Shown here piece after piece: positions 37,437 through 47,362 of a stretch of DNA of 64,000 nucleotides. The notes under the pieces are model-generated. The model was not told the origin of the DNA, made no database searches, and was given only the letters and a program-made list of their open reading frames with translations. This stretch comes from an uncultured Lentimicrobiaceae bacterium (GTDB taxonomy: Bacteria > Bacteroidota > Bacteroidia > Bacteroidales > 4484-276). Location of the stretch: NCBI GenBank assembly GCA_964593705.1, contig CAZQIV010000007.1:81-64080 (forward strand), read 5' to 3'. The position numbers were made by a program, and so were the translations under genes. Positions within the stretch are counted from its first letter, which is position 1, and every line of letters begins with the position of its first letter.

Positions 37437-38822
37437 ATGAACGAAGACATCTTCCAGGGATACAAAGGCGAAGCACTCGGAACCCTTAAAAAATACAATG
37501 TGCGTGTTTGGGGAACTGCCAATGTTAACACAACACGCGGGCCTTTTATCGGGACCATTTTGCCCCGCTCCGAAAATGATGACGACCAGCACATCGTGAT
37601 GAAAATACCTACAGGTTACAATGTGGGCATCGACATCAAAACCATCATCGAAATGGAGGAGACCGGCTATAAAAAAGCCAACTACAAAATCCCTGAAAAG
37701 GAATTTCCATACACCGAAAACCTTCCTGCGGTAAAACTTTTCGGAACCGGGGGCACCATAGCCTCAAGGCTTGATTACCGGACTGGCGCTGTTATTCCGG
37801 CTTTTTCTCCGGGCGAGCTCTATGGCGCCGTCCCTGAATTGGCAGATATCTGCAACCTGACCACCGAAAAAGTATTTGCTGTGTTCAGCGAAAATATGGG
37901 GCCAAAACAATATGTTTCACTTGCAAAAGCCATTGGCCGCGAAATTGAGAATGGCGTGGACGGCATTGTTATCGGGCATGGAACTGATACTTTGCATCAT
38001 ACCGGAGCGGCACTGACTTACATGGTTCAAAATCCGCCGGTACCTATTGTTTTGGTTGGCTCGCAGCGCTCGTCCGACAGGCCAAGTTCCGATGCAGCAC
38101 TCAACCTCATGCATGCCACAACAGCCGCCGGCCATGGCGATATTGCCGAAGTTTTGGTTTGTATGTTTGGGCCTACTTCCGATGAATATGGTTTGCTTCA
38201 CAAGGGAACACGTGTAAGAAAAATGCACTCCTCATACCGTTCAACATTTCGTACCATCGGGGATACACCAGTGGCAATGGTGAGCAGAAAGGGAATAGTT
38301 ACCATTAAAAAAACCTATCATCCCAGGCGCAAAGACCGCGATGTAACCATTAAACCTTATTTTAACGATAAGGTAACCATGCTGTATTATTATCCCGGTA
38401 TGAGCCCCGACATATTGGACGCCATGGTTGACAAAGGATACAAGGGAATTATTATCGTTGGAACCGGATTAGGGCATGTTAATAAGGAACTTTACCCAGC
38501 CATAGAACGGGCTCATGCTAAAGGTGTCCACATGTACATGACACTGCAAACCATTTGGGGCTATGTTAACATGTTTGTTTATGATACAGGCCGCGATATG
38601 ATGGCCAGGGGAATTATTCCTGCCGGAAATATGCTTCCCGAAGTTGCTTTTATAAAATTAGGTTGGGTCTTAGGCCAAACAGATGATCCTGAAGAGGTGA
38701 AAAAACTTATGCTAACACCGATCAACGATGACATCACCGAAAGGGAACCTTACAATGGTTACCTGGTTTACCAGGGTGGCATCCCCGAGGTTGAGGAATT
38801 TATTAAGAAGGTGCATAAGTAG
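37437..38822 (+). CDS. gatD: GatD-like protein (archaeal-type Glu-tRNA(Gln) amidotransferase subunit D; asparaginase domain with GatD N-terminal extension)
   Basis: 461 aa. N-domain HIVMKIPTGYNVGI. Asparaginase motifs GTGGTIAS and HGTDT. GSQRSSDRPSSDA and MLPEVAFIKLGWVLGQTDDPEE closely resemble archaeal GatD as I recall it. Confidence 0.7.
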   Translation: MNEDIFQGYKGEALGTLKKYNVRVWGTANVNTTRGPFIGTILPRSENDDDQHIVMKIPTGYNVGIDIKTIIEMEETGYKKANYKIPEKEFPYTENLPAVKLFGTGGTIASRLDYRTGAVIPAFSPGELYGAVPELADICNLTTEKVFAVFSENMGPKQYVSLAKAIGREIENGVDGIVIGHGTDTLHHTGAALTYMVQNPPVPIVLVGSQRSSDRPSSDAALNLMHATTAAGHGDIAEVLVCMFGPTSDEYGLLHKGTRVRKMHSSYRSTFRTIGDTPVAMVSRKGIVTIKKTYHPRRKDRDVTIKPYFNDKVTMLYYYPGMSPDILDAMVDKGYKGIIIVGTGLGHVNKELYPAIERAHAKGVHMYMTLQTIWGYVNMFVYDTGRDMMARGIIPAGNMLPEVAFIKLGWVLGQTDDPEEVKKLMLTPINDDITEREPYNGYLVYQGGIPEVEEFIKKVHK

Positions 38823-38946
38823 CTTGCTGAAAAACTTGAGGTGGTGTTAATAAAAAATAAGTTGATTTCCATTTCAAAATGTACATCCTTATTACAACTG
38901 TCTGAGCCCTTCAGGCTCATAATTTATAACTTCAGTTTAGAATTAA

Positions 38947-38967
38947 ACAGGCATCGCCTGTTTTTTT
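38947..38967 (+). terminator. rho-independent terminator candidate
   Basis: ACAGGCatcGCCTGT followed by TTTTTTT, about 125 nt downstream of the gatD-like stop. Confidence 0.55.
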
Positions 38968-39362
38968 GATATGTCAGCCTTTCAGGCTGCTGAGCCTTAC
39001 AGGGTTCAGGTTAAAAGAATGGTTTTATAATAAATGAAAATATCCGATTGAGGAGGCTGAAAGCCTCAAACAATAAAAACGAGGGAGAAGCCCTCGTATG
39101 GAATGAAATCTCAACTGTATCTAAAGGCTGAAGGCCTGAAAGAAAAAAAACATGTTTTCTGGGGAAAACATTTAAAATCCTTGCTCTACACCGATTAGTA
39201 TTTTGGGTTAAAGGTTTTTTTGCAATGGCTTAATGATTTTTTAGCAAGCTTTAAGCTACCTAGGTTTCAGGAACTGATGCTGGAGAGTTATAAGGATTTC
39301 CACGAGCAACAATACTGTTAGTAAGCAAGAAAAGAAGATTCCGGCATTCAGGTAATGAGTTT

Positions 39363-39525
39363 AGTCTAAAAACCCAAAACTACTGATTTTTAGTCCTTTT
39401 TACCCCAATCCGTCAGCTGACGGAAGATGTACTAAAAATCAGTAGTTTTGCAATGTCCCCTTTAGGCCAGCCTCGCCGGCTAGGCGGGGGATTTAGGGGT
39501 TTTGAGGCTTTTTAGACTGGTCTCA
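39363..39525. repeat. family-2 element with nested palindromic cargo
   Basis: AGTCTAAAAACCC...TTTTTAGACTGGTCTCA ends. Inside are CCGTCAGCTGACGG, a GCCAGCCTCGCCGGCTAGGC-type hairpin, and ACTACTGATTTTTAG/CTAAAAATCAGTAGT arms. Confidence 0.6.
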
Positions 39526-39641
39526 GTAATAATTATTTTTTCTTGAGGTAAATCATTTTAAATCCAATTATTTTAGATGCGAATCATTGTTATCTTTTTA
39601 ACAATAAATTGTAATATTGCGCCCCATAAAAAAGATGGTTT

Positions 39642-40259
39642 ATGAACTTACCGGATAAAACAATAGAACGCCTCAGCCAATACCGACGTAATCTTTTAAT
39701 TTCTCTGAATAAAGGAAAGGAGTTTATTTTTTCGCACGAAATAGCCCAACTTTTAAACATTACTCCGGTGCAGGTTCGCAGAGATATTATGCTCATTGGA
39801 TACAACGGTACGCTTAGAAAAGGTTATGATGTTAAGGAATTGATTGATCTTATTGGGAATATTATTGATACCGAAGAAGGACAAAATGTTTGTATTATGG
39901 GTTTGGGAAACCTGGGCAAGGCTATTATTAAATATTTGAGTGGAAAGCGCCCGAAGCTGAAAATGGTGGCTTCTTTTGATACCAATAGCGAAAAAACCGG
40001 GCAGCTTTACGCCGGTATTCCCGTTTTTCATTTAAATGAACTCGAATCCAAAGTAGCCGAATTAAATATTTCGATTGGTGTAATTACCGTGCCTTTTGAT
40101 AAAGCCGGTGAAACTGCCGAGCACTTGGCCCAGGCTGGCATTAAAGGGATATTGAATTTTTCTTCTAAGCCTTTAAATCTGCCCGATCATGTTTATCTGG
40201 AGGAATATGATATGATAACTTCACTTGAAAAAGTTGCCTACCATACTAAAAAGCATTAG
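39642..40259 (+). CDS. rex: redox-sensing transcriptional repressor Rex
   Basis: IERLSQYRR N-terminal wHTH. Rossmann motif IMGLGNLGKA. 205 aa. Confidence 0.85.
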   Translation: MNLPDKTIERLSQYRRNLLISLNKGKEFIFSHEIAQLLNITPVQVRRDIMLIGYNGTLRKGYDVKELIDLIGNIIDTEEGQNVCIMGLGNLGKAIIKYLSGKRPKLKMVASFDTNSEKTGQLYAGIPVFHLNELESKVAELNISIGVITVPFDKAGETAEHLAQAGIKGILNFSSKPLNLPDHVYLEEYDMITSLEKVAYHTKKH

Positions 40260-40715
40260 TTATTTGTTTTACATGCCATTTTGTGGAACTTTGTTCTAAA
40301 TAAAATATTTTGATAATCAGTCCACATTTTGCAGATGGCGAAGACTGAAAACTGAAAACTGGCGACTAAAAAATTATTGAGCCTGTCCACTTGATTCGCA
40401 GTAACAACATAAAGGAATAATTTTTTTGAGGTGTTAAATATTAATCATCTGATAATAAATTTGCTATGAAAAAGCTGAACCATTTTTTATCGAATTAAGT
40501 GAATTGCCTTTGATTGAAATAAATATAAAATTGTTGGTGATTATTTTTTAGGGATATGAACACGGATAACCCCGAAAAAACGGGGCAGGCACTGATGAAG
40601 CGGATTAACACTGATCTGTGTAAATCAGTTTAATCCGTGTCATCCGCGTTCAAAAATAAGAAACACGAATTTGGTATAAAGAATAAGTAACCAGATGAAC
40701 ACCTCAATAATTTTT

Positions 40716-43679
40716 TTATTCAATCACCACTTCATCGGCAAAAATCCAGCAGGGATTACCGGCACCTTTGTGCCATGGTGGGCAAAGGGCTTTGTTTTTG
40801 CCAAGCACTTTGATGTATCGTGTTTTTACGGGTTTGAAGATTAATCTAAAATCGTGGGTTTGAACAGTCCAGTCATCTTCGGCAACAGGAGATTTGATGG
40901 TGCCAATTTTTCTGAAATTTTTCCCATCATCCGAAACTGAATATTCAACATACTCGGGCATGAAAATCCATGCATTGACATCCTGTAGAAATCCTGTTTT
41001 TAGCTCATGGATTGTTTGGAGCTTTCCAAGATCAATAATTGCTTCCAGGTCAACCTCCTGATAGCCCTGCCACGATCCCGTTCTAAAATCAATTCCGCCC
41101 CGCTGATAATCGATCAGCGCTACATCTCCGCCGGCATTGTATTGGTTGGCATAAGGATGCAAAATGGAAATGCTACGGCCATCGGCTATTTTTTTGTACT
41201 CTGCTTTTATTTCATGGCTTTTTTCTTTACCCTGGCTTATTGCGTTTGCTGTTAATGTTGTATTGTTTGTAATGCTAAATGGATTGCTATACACACTGTT
41301 TTTCACTTGTGAATCATCTAACGAAAATCGAATTTCAGCATTTTTATCAATACAGGTCAATTTAATTTCCTGCTTGTTGAAAAACACATTTTTTGCATCT
41401 ACCACAAAAGGCACCGGCGTGATAAGGCTTTGGTTTATTTTAGAAACAGGAATTTGATCCATTGCGCTTCCCCAATTTTTATTGGGAGTTTTGCCCATTA
41501 CAAATTTCAAATATCCTCCACTAGCAAACATATCCTGATTAAGGTAGGATGTGGCCAAAACTTTACCATTAAAAGACGCTGTCTGGATGTAAATATCTTC
41601 ATCAGATTGATTTTCGGTTTCGATAATGAGTTCTTTTCCGTTTTCAAGATGTAAAATTACTTCATCGAAAACCGGGCTTCCAACAACATAAATATTTGAT
41701 GCCGGTGTAAGCGGATAAAATCCCAGCGCACTCATTACATACCATGCCGACATTTGGCCGCAATCCTCATTTCCGCATAATCCGTCCGGAGCAGCAGTGT
41801 ATAGTTCGTCCAAAATCTGCCGTGTTTTTTCCTGGGTTTTCCAGGGCTGGCCACAATAGTTGTACAGGTAGGCTATATGGTGGCTTGGCTCGTTGCCATG
41901 GGCGTACTGGCCGATGAGCCCGGTAATATCGGACTGTTGTCTGCCGGAAGTGCTTTCGCTTGCGCTGAAAAGCATGTCGAGGCGAGCTGCAAGGCTGTCG
42001 GCTCCCCCAACATATTCGATCAATCCCGACACATCCTGGGGCACATAAAAACTATACTGCCAGGCATTGGCTTCGGTATAATTAAAATTTACCTCCCAGG
42101 GATCGAAGGGGCTGAACCACGATTCGTTAATTTTTGCCCTCATAAATTTGGTTTCGGGATCGAAGATATTTTTATAGTTTTGGGCTCTCTTTATAAAATT
42201 ATTGTAAACCTCCTGGTTTCCAATTTTCTGCGCCAATTGCGCAATACACCAATCGTCATAAGCGTATTCCAGGGTTTTCGATACCGATTCGGCTTCCTTG
42301 TTGGATGGGATGTATCCTTTTTCTTTGTACCATTCTAAGCCAAATTGATCCTGCATGGCGCTGGCAACGCAGGCCTCCAAAGCCAATTCAGTATCATAAT
42401 CCTGAATGCCTTTCATATAGGCATCAACAATTACGGGTACAGCATGGTAGCCAATCATACAATTGGTTTCGTTTGCTGCCAATTCCCAAACAGGCAACAG
42501 TCCGCCCTGCTCATATTGTTTGAGCATGGTCTTTATAAAATCGTTGGTACGCTTCTGATCGATGATGGTTAGCAGCGGGTGCTCAGCCCGGTATGTGTCC
42601 CAAAGTGAAAAAACTGTATAATAATCAAAACCTTCAGCTTTGTGGATTTTGTTGTCATGGCCACGATATTCGCCATTCACATCACTATAAAGATTTGGGT
42701 TGAGCAGGGCATGATAAAGTGCTGTATAAAAGATATTTTTTCGATCATTCTCATTATCGTCATCTTTTATTTCGATCCTGCCCAGTTCGTCATTCCATAA
42801 TTTGTTGGCTTGTTTTTTCACCCTTTTAATGTTCCATCCCGGAATTTCTTTCTCAAGATTTTCTTTGGCGTTATTTGCACTTACGGCAGATATTCCAACT
42901 TTCACCATTACTTCCTCATCTCTTTCGGTGGCAAACGAAAGCCATGCTTTAACATCTTTTCCCTGTACTTTTTTGGTGATAAGTTTTTCGTTGCCATCTA
43001 CCACCAGGCCATACTTTTTAAAAGGTTTTGAAAATTTTGCTGTAAAAAACACATATTGATTGTCCGACCAGCCATCAGTTCTTCTTAATCCACGGATTTC
43101 GGTATCACTCATTACCTCAATCCATAGATCCAAAATTTTATCGCTGGTTACGCCTTCGGTAAGATCGATGATAATATTTGATTCCTCTGATTTGGGGAAA
43201 GTATATTTGTGGAATCCGGCTCGTGGTGTGGCTGTTAGTTCCACGTTAATATTGTAATCAGTTAACCGAACCTGGTAAAAGCCGGCAGCAGCATATTCAT
43301 CATCATGGCTAAACCTTGACCGATAACCTGTTTCCGGGTTTTGCTCTGTGCCGGGCTGTACTTGTATTGTCCCGGTGGTGGGCATTATGCGCACATCTCC
43401 ATAATCGCCAACACCTGTACCACTAAGGTGTGTATGGCTGAATCCCATGATGGTACTGTCAGAATAATGATAGCCTGAGCAGGCGTCCCAATTATCTTTT
43501 CGGGTATCGGGGCTTAGCTGCACCATGCCGAATGGCGTGGCAGCACCGGGATAAACATGGCCGTGGGCATCAGTACCAATAATTGGATTTACATATTTGG
43601 TGAATTTATCATGTTTTCCATTGCATGATATTAGCAAACATGCTGCAAAGATTGTGTAGAAAAGGTTTCTTAATTTCAT
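40716..43679 (-). CDS. GH92 alpha-mannosidase with C-terminal F5/8 type C (discoidin) domain
   Basis: 987 aa. VNPIIGTDAHGHVYPGAATPFGMVQLSPDT is the GH92 N-terminal signature. It has a lipoprotein-like signal (LLISC). Confidence 0.9.
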   Translation of the reverse strand: MKLRNLFYTIFAACLLISCNGKHDKFTKYVNPIIGTDAHGHVYPGAATPFGMVQLSPDTRKDNWDACSGYHYSDSTIMGFSHTHLSGTGVGDYGDVRIMPTTGTIQVQPGTEQNPETGYRSRFSHDDEYAAAGFYQVRLTDYNINVELTATPRAGFHKYTFPKSEESNIIIDLTEGVTSDKILDLWIEVMSDTEIRGLRRTDGWSDNQYVFFTAKFSKPFKKYGLVVDGNEKLITKKVQGKDVKAWLSFATERDEEVMVKVGISAVSANNAKENLEKEIPGWNIKRVKKQANKLWNDELGRIEIKDDDNENDRKNIFYTALYHALLNPNLYSDVNGEYRGHDNKIHKAEGFDYYTVFSLWDTYRAEHPLLTIIDQKRTNDFIKTMLKQYEQGGLLPVWELAANETNCMIGYHAVPVIVDAYMKGIQDYDTELALEACVASAMQDQFGLEWYKEKGYIPSNKEAESVSKTLEYAYDDWCIAQLAQKIGNQEVYNNFIKRAQNYKNIFDPETKFMRAKINESWFSPFDPWEVNFNYTEANAWQYSFYVPQDVSGLIEYVGGADSLAARLDMLFSASESTSGRQQSDITGLIGQYAHGNEPSHHIAYLYNYCGQPWKTQEKTRQILDELYTAAPDGLCGNEDCGQMSAWYVMSALGFYPLTPASNIYVVGSPVFDEVILHLENGKELIIETENQSDEDIYIQTASFNGKVLATSYLNQDMFASGGYLKFVMGKTPNKNWGSAMDQIPVSKINQSLITPVPFVVDAKNVFFNKQEIKLTCIDKNAEIRFSLDDSQVKNSVYSNPFSITNNTTLTANAISQGKEKSHEIKAEYKKIADGRSISILHPYANQYNAGGDVALIDYQRGGIDFRTGSWQGYQEVDLEAIIDLGKLQTIHELKTGFLQDVNAWIFMPEYVEYSVSDDGKNFRKIGTIKSPVAEDDWTVQTHDFRLIFKPVKTRYIKVLGKNKALCPPWHKGAGNPCWIFADEVVIE

Positions 43680-43804
43680 AAGTAGGTAATGTTATTGCTG
43701 TTAATTTTGGTCATTGATGGTCATCCCGAAAAGTAGAAAATTTTTGATTTATATTACTTTTCGAGACTTTACTCAAATTTTTTGAGCATAATGAGGTAAT
43801 GACA

Positions 43805-44050
43805 ATGAGGAATAGATTTCTCCCGGCAATACTCCGCTTCGCTTTGTATTTTGGTCGAAATGACCCTTCTACGACTGGTTTGGAGGGAGAGGGAATGTGA
43901 ACGCTTTGCGTTCACATTCCCTCTCCCCAACTACATTACAGCCCTGTCTTTTCGAAGGAGCGAAGCGACTGAGAAATCTATTTTATTATTTGCCCGCCTT
44001 GCCGCGAGACAGGTAATCAACTTGTTACAAAAACTTATCATTAGTATCGC
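43805..44050. repeat. mosaic palindromic repeat region, family 3
   Basis: AATAGATTTCTCCCGGC..., hairpin GGGAGAGGGAATGTGAACGC..GCGTTCACATTCCCTCTCCC, and AATCAACTTGTTACAAAAACTTATCATTAG. Confidence 0.55.
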
Positions 44051-44125
44051 AAATCGATAATCTTCTCCAAAGGAGTCCTTCGGACAATCTTAAATTTTTC
44101 AAATGTTACTAAGTAGGAATGGTCT

Positions 44126-45121
44126 CTATTTAAAATAGCTTCCTGAATCGAATAAATTATTTTCCCCGTTTTTATACAGTGCGTAATTGAATCCCGGCCT
44201 GATGCAATAGGCACCTGTTTCTCCCTTTTTGTTGAGGGCAATGTAACCTACCTGATGTCTGTCCAAATCTATATTGCTTTTAACAATTCTGTTCACGGCT
44301 TCTTCGCAGGCTGCCTGGGGAGAATACCCGTTGCGCATTAATTCTACAACCAGAAAACTGCCCACTGTTCTGATTACCAATTCTCCGGTACCTGTGGCGG
44401 TTGCACCTCCAACTTCGTTATCAGCATACAGACCGGCTCCAATGATTGGTGAATCGCCAACGCGTCCCCTCACTTTAAAGGCCATGCCACTTGTGGTACA
44501 GGCCCCTGAAATATTCCCGTTTGTATCGATTGCCAAAAGTCCTATTGTATCGTGATTTTCGATATTTGGAACAGGTTTATACTCACTTTTAACAAGCCAT
44601 TTTTCCCATGCTTTTATTGATTTTTCTGTAAGGAGATTCTCCTTTTTAAACCCTTTTTCCAATGCAAATTGTAATGCGCCTTCGCCAACAAGCATTACAT
44701 GAGGTGTATCTTCCATCACCAGCCTGGCTACGGAAATCGGGTGAACGATATTTTCGAGAAAAGCTACAGATCCGCAATTGCCATATTCATCAATTATTGA
44801 AGCATCGAGGGTAACCTTGCCTTCACGGTCGGGCAGGCCACCGAGGCCAACACTCATGTTGTCGGGATCGGCTTCTGTAACTTTTACACCGGTTTCAACC
44901 GCGTCTAATGCACGGCCACCCTGCACAAGTATTTTCATTGCCGCCTTATTGGCTTCCAAACCGTGACGCCAGGTGGAGAGGACAATAGGCCCGGGGATTG
45001 TTTTCTGATTGGGAGGTAGGTTTGCGAAAGTTTGTGATTTGACAAAAGAACTGCCCACCATTAGCCCTGTTGCGGAAAGTGCAGAGTGTTTTATAAAGCT
45101 CCGTCTGTTTGTTTTTTTCAT
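44126..45121 (-). CDS. N4-(beta-N-acetylglucosaminyl)-L-asparaginase (glycosylasparaginase, Ntn hydrolase)
   Basis: Twin-arginine signal RRSFIKHSALSATGLMVG. HDTIGLLAID autoprocessing-site context. Confidence 0.85.
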   Translation of the reverse strand: MKKTNRRSFIKHSALSATGLMVGSSFVKSQTFANLPPNQKTIPGPIVLSTWRHGLEANKAAMKILVQGGRALDAVETGVKVTEADPDNMSVGLGGLPDREGKVTLDASIIDEYGNCGSVAFLENIVHPISVARLVMEDTPHVMLVGEGALQFALEKGFKKENLLTEKSIKAWEKWLVKSEYKPVPNIENHDTIGLLAIDTNGNISGACTTSGMAFKVRGRVGDSPIIGAGLYADNEVGGATATGTGELVIRTVGSFLVVELMRNGYSPQAACEEAVNRIVKSNIDLDRHQVGYIALNKKGETGAYCIRPGFNYALYKNGENNLFDSGSYFK

Positions 45122-45148
45122 TTCACCTGTAATGTCTTTTCTGATTTA

Positions 45149-46324
45149 TCAGGCAACTTTTGCTGATAATTTTCTGTTGCCCAGGGCTAACCATCCAATA
45201 TATAAAATACAGATCATCGGGACAATAAAGCCGAGCATCACGCTGCTTTGATCGGCAATAAATCCCATAAGCGGTGGAATAAAAGCCCCACCGACAATAG
45301 CGGTTACCATTAAGCCGGAGAGTTCATTGCTTCGTTGGGGCATACGATCTACAGCTATCGAAAAGATAAGCGGGAAGATATTGGCAAAGCCTAATCCTAC
45401 AATAATTATCGAGATGACTGCTGAAATTTGATTATTGATAAAAAGACCCATGATGCCGAGAATGGAAACGATAATGGTGATGGTGAGGAATTGATTTGGC
45501 TTGAGCCAGTTGAGAATAATCCCGCCTAAGAATCGACCTGTCATCAGTGCAAGAAAAAACAATCCGGTGCCGGCAACGCCAAGTTTGGCGATATCAACAT
45601 CAAATTGTGCATCGAGATAAATAGGTAATCCAGCGCTCATACAAACTTCTGCTCCCACGTAAAGGAATATGCCCAGAACCATTGTTGCAACGAAAGGATT
45701 GCGTAATAATGAGAAACTTGACCGGAAAGATGCCGGAGCGCTATCGGCGCTCTTTTGTTTATGTATTTTTATAAATGAAAGAATAACTATGGTTAACAAT
45801 AAAAATGCACTGTAAACGGGAAAGAGTATCTTCCAGTCGAGACCCCAGTAATTAGCTGCAAATACAGGCAGTAACGACCCTGAAAGCGACCCGATGGCTT
45901 TAACAAATTGTGCCAGGGATAAATTACGTGAGTATTTTCCTTCCGGTGATACATCGCGCATTATTGGGTTTCCGGCAACCTGAAGGATGGTGGCGCCACC
46001 GCCCAACATTAAAATCGAAAGTAATAAAAGTTCAAACGATGAAAAACTACCAATAATAGGAAGTATCAATCCGGCGAAGGCCAGGATGAGTCCGAGTAGT
46101 AGTGTAAACTTTTTGCCTTTTCTATCCTGAAAAATCCCCATGGGTAGCGATAATAAACCAAACATAATAAAACCCATAAACGGGATGAGTTGAGCCATCA
46201 TGTTCGAGAGTTGAAATTCCTCCTTAACCAGTCCGGTGAGCGGACCTACAACATCACCAAATCCCATACAAAGAAATGCCAGGAAAATTGGCAGCGAGGT
46301 AATTGTATTTTTTTTCTGATTCAT
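45149..46324 (-). CDS. MFS sugar transporter (FucP/glucose-galactose type)
   Basis: 391 aa with about 12 hydrophobic segments. It sits in a glycan-utilisation context. Confidence 0.7.
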   Translation of the reverse strand: MNQKKNTITSLPIFLAFLCMGFGDVVGPLTGLVKEEFQLSNMMAQLIPFMGFIMFGLLSLPMGIFQDRKGKKFTLLLGLILAFAGLILPIIGSFSSFELLLLSILMLGGGATILQVAGNPIMRDVSPEGKYSRNLSLAQFVKAIGSLSGSLLPVFAANYWGLDWKILFPVYSAFLLLTIVILSFIKIHKQKSADSAPASFRSSFSLLRNPFVATMVLGIFLYVGAEVCMSAGLPIYLDAQFDVDIAKLGVAGTGLFFLALMTGRFLGGIILNWLKPNQFLTITIIVSILGIMGLFINNQISAVISIIIVGLGFANIFPLIFSIAVDRMPQRSNELSGLMVTAIVGGAFIPPLMGFIADQSSVMLGFIVPMICILYIGWLALGNRKLSAKVA

Positions 46325-46362
46325 AAATAGTGGTTAAAACAATTTTAAATATTGAGATGATT

Positions 46363-47241
46363 CTATTTTAAGTTTGCCTGGATTAAAACCGGAATGTGAT
46401 CGGAAGGATAAATACCATCGTAGTTCACGCCAAGATTCGCGTGAAAAGTTACATCAACTTTCGAATTCACAAAAATATAGTCGATCGTGTTGCCGGGAAT
46501 GCCAATAAAATCCCATCCTACGAAAGTAAAAGTTGAGCCTTGATGCGGGTATTTTGTTTTTATTTTGGCATCGGTTAATATTACCTTTCCATCAAAAGCA
46601 ATAATATTATTGTAGGGTTTTGTCCCCGGCCTGTCGTTGAAATCGCCGGTTAAAATCACGGGTAAATCTCCACACAATGAGTTAATTTTTTGTTTGATAA
46701 GTTTTGAACCATTATCGCGTGCAGTTTGGCTGGAATGATCGAGGTGGGTATTGAAAACAAAAAAGTCTTTGCCCGAGGCCAGGTCGCGGAATTTTATCCA
46801 GGTGGCAATTCTTGGCAATGTGGCATACCAGGCAATACTGCCGGCTTTTTCCGGGTTTTCCGATAACCAGAATGTTCCGTTTTCCATTACCTTGAACCTG
46901 CTTTTGTTATAAAAAACCGGGCAGGACTCGCCATCTTGTTTCCCATCGTTACGGCCAACTCCATAATAATCAAACTCAGGGAATTCCTGCTCAAGGTCCA
47001 CGATTTGGTTAAAAAGTGCTTCCTGCAAACAAAAAATATCCGCCTGGTGGAAGCGAAGTAAATTGGCTACCCTTTCTTTTCGGTTTGCCCAAACGTTAGG
47101 GCCATCGGCCGGGTTATCGAACCTGATGTTATAACTGACAACCCGCAAGGGGTAATCAATTTTGAGTAATTCCTGAGCATAAGCCGGAAAGGAAGTGAGT
47201 GAAAGAAAAAATAAGATGATCAAAAAGGAACTCTTTTTCAT
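46363..47241 (-). CDS. secreted endonuclease/exonuclease/phosphatase (EEP) family protein
   Basis: Signal peptide present. Motifs SYNIRFDN, FCLQE, NTHLDH and PSDHIPV. Confidence 0.85.
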   Translation of the reverse strand: MKKSSFLIILFFLSLTSFPAYAQELLKIDYPLRVVSYNIRFDNPADGPNVWANRKERVANLLRFHQADIFCLQEALFNQIVDLEQEFPEFDYYGVGRNDGKQDGESCPVFYNKSRFKVMENGTFWLSENPEKAGSIAWYATLPRIATWIKFRDLASGKDFFVFNTHLDHSSQTARDNGSKLIKQKINSLCGDLPVILTGDFNDRPGTKPYNNIIAFDGKVILTDAKIKTKYPHQGSTFTFVGWDFIGIPGNTIDYIFVNSKVDVTFHANLGVNYDGIYPSDHIPVLIQANLK

Positions 47242-47362
47242 TTTGCCTGATTTAGTTCAAGGCAGCTAAGATGCCTGCCTGTTGCCACGCAAAAATAAGA
47301 CTTTTGTTAAACGTATCGCAATACGAATAAAAAAATGAATTGTTAGTTCAGTGGGTACTATT

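Noticed and set aside
43851-44241. ORFs 43851..44060 (+) and 44041..44241 (-)
   Set aside because: The first lies in family-3 repeat DNA. The second overlaps the 3' end of the glycosylasparaginase gene and the repeat. Neither has protein-like sequence.
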